Source of the DNA: Acholeplasmataceae bacterium | GTDB lineage: Bacteria; Bacillota_I; Bacilli_A; Acholeplasmatales; Acholeplasmataceae | NCBI GenBank assembly: GCA_963678355.1 | Contig: OY782823.1 | Location: 1,056,800-1,120,799, forward strand | DNA length: 64,000 bases | Direction of reading: 5' to 3' | Shown here: piece by piece, positions 59,983 through 64,000 of the stretch | Position numbering within the stretch: position 1 is the first letter of the stretch | How the letters are laid out: every line of letters starts with the position of its first letter | Program-made: the position numbers and the translations under genes | The notes under the pieces: generated by a model | Database searches by the model: none | Told to the model about the DNA's origin: nothing | The model's input: only the letters and a program-made list of their open reading frames with translations

Positions 59983-60587
59983 ACCTCGAATATCTCTCTT
60001 ATTGACTCATAGATCCACGCAGCAGAATGTTTTGACTCCTTTAAGATTCTTTTAATTGTGGACTCATCAAATTTCGCTTTTATTTGATCTTTGTGCATTT
60101 CTGTAATATTCCCTCTACCAAGAGCCTTGATGGCCTGAATCAATATTGCTGTATCTTCAGACGTATCATAAATCAGTCGATTATTACTATGTTTAAATAT
60201 AAGTTCAATATTCCCAATTGAATATGTCTTATATGGGCCAGAACTAACATATATGTACTGCGCTGGCACTTGTGTTGATAGTCCAAGATAATTTAATGCA
60301 CTTGTACCACTTGGACATATTTTCCAATTATGTGCTCTAGCTAATGCCTGAGCGACTTCATTAATAGACGGAGCTCCATATTCTTGTAAGATTGCACTAT
60401 TCTCGGGAATATCATAAACACCTGAAATAATACGCCTTATCTCGTTATTTTTCTCCATTCTTTCAAGATTTTTATTTATCGTCTTTATATTACCTAGTTC
60501 AATGAAGTCTTTCGCTGTGAAAGTACTGAGCGTTTTTTGTTCAATCTCTTTCTTTATCCTTTCAGCAAATGATTTATCATTATTCAT
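59979..60587 (-). CDS. AbiEi-family antitoxin/transcriptional regulator
   Basis: 202 aa. N-terminal wHTH with the RxISGVY motif. 4-nt overlap with the toxin gene. Palindrome TTGCAAATGTTTGCAC at 60634-60649 in its promoter. Confidence 0.65.
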   Translation of the reverse strand: MNNDKSFAERIKKEIEQKTLSTFTAKDFIELGNIKTINKNLERMEKNNEIRRIISGVYDIPENSAILQEYGAPSINEVAQALARAHNWKICPSGTSALNYLGLSTQVPAQYIYVSSGPYKTYSIGNIELIFKHSNNRLIYDTSEDTAILIQAIKALGRGNITEMHKDQIKAKFDESTIKRILKESKHSAAWIYESIREIFEV

Positions 60588-60689
60588 ATTGTCACCCCTA
60601 TGTCGTTATTATTATATACTTTTTGCGACATAATTGCAAATGTTTGCACAAAGTATATGATTACTTTGACTCAATTGATTTATCATATG

Positions 60690-61183
60690 AAAACAATCTA
60701 TTACGTGCATCTTTATTCTATACACTTCTTTTTACTGGAGGTCGAGCAACTGAAACTGTTGAACTCATGAAAAGTGATGTTGACATAGAAAATAGATTTG
60801 TCGTTTTTAGAGTTGTTAAAGGAAATAAAGAAAGAGCTGTACCTATTTCAGATACAGCTGCAAAGTATTTAAAACTTATGATGGATTCGCATCCATATGA
60901 TTACGTATTTCATAACTCACTTAAGCATAGAAAGGCTGTTTACAATGATGCTAGGTATTTAGCTAAGTTTCTAAGAAACACGCTAGAAACTCCATATTTT
61001 TCATGTCATATGTTACGTCATACATTCGCAACTACATTAGTGAATAATGGTGAAGATCTTGCTATTGTTCAAGACATATTAGGTCATGAAGATGAACGTA
61101 CTACAAGAATTTATGCAAAGATGAATTTTAAACATATTCAAAATGTTTATAATCTATCATTGAAAACTATTGATTTATTATGA
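60690..61183 (+). pseudogene. Tyrosine recombinase/integrase fragment (catalytic C-terminal domain only, 5'-truncated)
   Basis: Contains the R...K...HxLRHT...R...Y catalytic motifs (SCHMLRHTFATT, RTTRIYAKM). About 110-aa N-terminal core-binding domain missing. The abiEi start lies directly upstream on the opposite strand. Confidence 0.7.
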
Positions 61184-61219
61184 ATTTATTATTTTAATAA
61201 TGATTTTTATTACTAAACA

Positions 61220-61456
61220 TTATTTTTGAATAGATTCCAGTGCTTTTCTTGTTTTTATCATTTCTAATAAAATTATTGCTGCTACTAATACTAAAATTGT
61301 AAATCCGCCTTTTAAAGTGCTAATAACTAAAACTAGAAGTGTTTCAGTATTAACATGACTCACATTTCCTGATAGTAAAAGGACTACAGATATAAGTACA
61401 AGTATTCCTAATACAGTTTGAATAAAAGTTATTGTTTTCATATTTATTCCTTTCAA
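61220..61456 (-). CDS. Small two-TM membrane protein (78 aa)
   Basis: Two long hydrophobic helices. ATGA overlap with the upstream ORF. Confidence 0.4.
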   Translation of the reverse strand: MKGINMKTITFIQTVLGILVLISVVLLLSGNVSHVNTETLLVLVISTLKGGFTILVLVAAIILLEMIKTRKALESIQK

Positions 61457-62865
61457 TAATCAAAAAATATATTAATCGTGTTTATCCTATGTCCATCAGG
61501 TTTAATGGTTAATGTACCTGTAATATCAAGGTACCCTGCAACACCATTAGATGCTACAGCAGTAACAATAGTTACGACTAATGCAAATGAATCAAAACCA
61601 AGTCGCATATGTATATAATCCGCCCAAACTGTTATAGTATAATCACTATATACACCATTTGAGTCAAAGTTATTTACATCAGCTTCTAAAGTGATTTTAT
61701 AGCCTGTTACTTCTGCTTCTAATACTTTCATTCCATTATAATAAAAATAATCATTAATTGGTTTAGTATAATAAATAGAATCGGTTGTAAGTGGATCAAT
61801 TTCTTCTCCATAAGCATCTTTCATATCATATGAGCCATCAAGTGCTTGAGTATAAACTATAGTGTTATTAGATACTTTCAATGTCTCATCACTTGAATAA
61901 TTAGCATAATTACCTTGAACTATGTGAGTTTTGACCAATTCACTGTTTGGAGTTGTATAATAGATTTCTTTTGTAAATAATATTGAGTTATACACCAATG
62001 ATAAAGAATTACTATATCCGATTGCCATATAATCATTCCAATGATTGATTGGCTCATAGTGAAAAATAATTGTTGTAGATAAATGGGCACCACTGTCTGC
62101 TTCTGGGTCAAAATAAAATGTTGTTGTATGTGTAGATATTTCACCAATATACTGTGCAGAAGTTTCTATATAATTATATAATTCTGTTACAGTAAATTCT
62201 GTGATGTTTGATACTTGTTCTCCTTCAACATAATTTTCATTATAATCCACAATAAGTTCTCTATAAGGTACAGTATAAGTTATTGAAGAAGTAGGAATTG
62301 AAGTGTAAGTTCCATCTGTTGCATATACAGTAATTGTATACGTTTCATTTGGAGTTAAATTAATTGTAGATAAATCAAACATATTGTTACTGGTATTATA
62401 TATTACAGAACCAACTTTTACAATATAACTTGTAGCTTGAGAAACTATATCCCATGTAAGAATGTTATCGGTTATATTAACATTAGTAGGATTATAGATT
62501 CCGCTACCGCCACTTCCATCTCCTAAATTATCAAAATCGAATCCTATTGCTGAATAAATACTAATCTCAGATGCAGTATCAAGTATCTCATCGACTAAAG
62601 CATCATTATCAATTTCTTCCTTATTTTATTCTGATTTTTCTATTTCTTTTTTAGTTTCATCTAATAATTTATCAACCTTTTCTTTCAATTGAATTTTATA
62701 TTTTGCTTTTTTTTCATCTATCTCAGTATTTGTTTTGCCTTTATCATATGTTTCGTAATATGTTGTGGTAGTAATTTCTTGTAGTGCATTTGATGCACTA
62801 ACATTTAATGAAGCAGCACTAAAAGTACATAAAAAAATTAACGTAATAATAAAAATTCGTTTCAT
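61453..62865 (-). pseudogene. Secreted Y/T-rich surface-protein gene interrupted by an in-frame TAA stop
   Basis: The 79-aa signal-peptide ORF (62626-62865), its TAA at 62626-62628, 82 open codons, and the 309-aa ORF (61453-62382) are all in one frame. The region after the stop has FN3/Ig-like repeats (TSYIVKVGS / TYTITVYATDGTYTS). Confidence 0.5.
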
Positions 62866-62953
62866 AATATCCCCCCAATATTGTTTTTTTCTATTATCAC
62901 ATTAATTGCTTAAAATGTCAAATTTAATCAATTTTTTAATTTTTACCCTCATT

Positions 62954-63185
62954 GAAAAAGCTGTACCTATTTCAGATACAGCTGCAAAGTATTTAAAGTT
63001 TATGATGGATTCACATCCTTATGATTACGTATTTCATAATTCACTTAAGCATAGAAAGGCTGTTTACAATGATGCTAGATATTTAGCCAAGTTTCTTAGA
63101 AACACGCTAGAAACTCCATATTTTTCATGTCATATGTTGCGTCATACGTTTGCAACCACATTAGTCAATAATGGTGCAGATTTAT
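62954..63185 (+). pseudogene. Second, shorter integrase catalytic-domain fragment (near-identical copy)
   Basis: About 93% nucleotide identity to 60826-61056 over ~230 bp. Lacks both the start and the C-terminal Tyr region. Confidence 0.6.
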
Positions 63186-63849
63186 CTATATCAGGAAAAT
63201 TAATTATATCATCATTTCCGATTTCTCTTAACTCTGCTAGATTCGATATAATTTCACTGTATGCATCATCAAGTTTAAGTTTTTTTAGCATTTTATCTCC
63301 ATAATATAAACCTTTATCTTTTAAATAGGTAAAGTTCAAATTATTAAATCTTGTCTCATAATAATTCTTGTTTTTAACTACATTTTCATCAATAAACCAC
63401 ATATATCCATTAATTTTTTTTGTTGGATGTAATTCATGCAATACCTCAAGTTTTAATTCAAAGTTATCAAATTGCCCAGTTTTTTTTGTACTGTCATGAT
63501 TATCTCTAATTTTTTGTTCTATTAGATAGATCTCATTATTGTATTCAAAACGTTGATCAAAACTGAGTTTTTTTTCTTTACCCTTCACAATATGAGTGAT
63601 GTTTTTTTCTAAGTTGGTGTATCCATTTTTGCCTAGATAATCAGTAAACACTTCTTCTAAAATATCACCTAATTTGATTTCATTACTTTGTGTAAGATGT
63701 TGAATAATTTTGGTTCTAAAGCTTGTTAATCTAAAATCACTACAAAACATAGAGGGTTCATCAATCATTTTTTTTATTGCTTGTTGATACAATTTTCCCC
63801 CAACATTAATATGTTTTTCAACAATTTCTTTGAATTCTTCATATATCAC
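63142..63849 (-). CDS. Hypothetical protein (235 aa), possible PD-(D/E)xK-type nuclease
   Basis: No strong motif. SFDQRFEYNNEIYLIEQK gives a D...(E)xK pattern of weak significance. Located in the mobile/defence island next to the integrase fragment. Confidence 0.35.
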   Translation of the reverse strand: MIYEEFKEIVEKHINVGGKLYQQAIKKMIDEPSMFCSDFRLTSFRTKIIQHLTQSNEIKLGDILEEVFTDYLGKNGYTNLEKNITHIVKGKEKKLSFDQRFEYNNEIYLIEQKIRDNHDSTKKTGQFDNFELKLEVLHELHPTKKINGYMWFIDENVVKNKNYYETRFNNLNFTYLKDKGLYYGDKMLKKLKLDDAYSEIISNLAELREIGNDDIINFPDIDKSAPLLTNVVANV

Positions 63850-63867
63850 ACTAATCTCTCCTATTTC

Positions 63868-64000
63868 ATTTTGTATATTAAAGGTAATATTGCAATAGCA
63901 ACATCTATTCCTCTATCAAATAAACTATAGATAATGTTCTTTGCTTTATCCCATCTTTGATTTTTTGGATACTGTTCAATAATATTCTTCATTTGTTCTA
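63868..64000 (-). CDS. Partial ORF running off the window end (C-terminal 39+ aa)
   Basis: Minus-strand frame MKNIIEQYPKNQRWDKAKNIIYSLF... ends with TAA at 63868. Frame still open at 64000. Confidence 0.3.

Noticed and set aside
1-64000. Mycoplasma-type genetic code (TGA=Trp)
   Set aside because: Several well-defined genes end at TGA at the expected length (for example GDPD at 3113-3115), and long ORFs are complete under the standard code.

Overview
This is a low-GC (~30%) chromosomal segment from a Firmicutes/Mollicutes-like bacterium. TGA acts as a stop codon and lipoproteins carry '...ACG/ACN' lipoboxes. The features suggest an Acholeplasma-like or Erysipelotrichia-like genome: a ~710-aa ClpB lacking the N-domain, a very large OppA lipoprotein, and a DegV protein.

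The first ~55 kb is largely housekeeping or core-like:
- 5'-nucleotidase, a split ChrA pair, GDPD, an MFS transporter, msrB, pgpA-like, arcA and a Ca-type P-type ATPase.
- A livFGMHJ branched-chain amino-acid ABC operon, preceded by CodY-like palindromes.
- A complete acetylase-branch lysine/DAP operon (lysA-lysC-dapF-asd-dapA-dapB-dapH-dapL), preceded on the minus strand by a lysine (L-box) riboswitch.
- HAD hydrolase, tRNA-Cys, a low-molecular-weight phosphotyrosine phosphatase (LMW-PTP), clpB, an nfeD-floT pair, S9 and M29 peptidases, pyk, DegV, a polar amino-acid ABC transporter with a repeat-rich leader, and the oppABCDF operon.

Accessory content:
- Two different IS3-family insertion sequences flank an AEC-family transporter gene. 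One is intact with an A7 slippery site. The other has an in-frame TAG in orfB.
- An ISL3 element with clear terminal inverted repeats.
- A PadR-HAAS regulator pair.
- An AbiEi/AbiEii type IV toxin-antitoxin (abortive-infection) module.
- Two ~230-bp near-identical fragments of a truncated tyrosine-recombinase gene, bracketing a decayed secreted-protein gene and a small membrane protein.
- A candidate nuclease gene at the window end.

The most unexplained region is a tightly packed eight-gene minus-strand cluster (41966-48557) with no recognisable pathway. It encodes a small membrane protein, a zinc-ribbon/multi-TM/BspA-type LRR protein, a GNAT, a small membrane protein, a zinc-ribbon-Nudix protein, two paralogous bPH-like membrane proteins and a lipoprotein.
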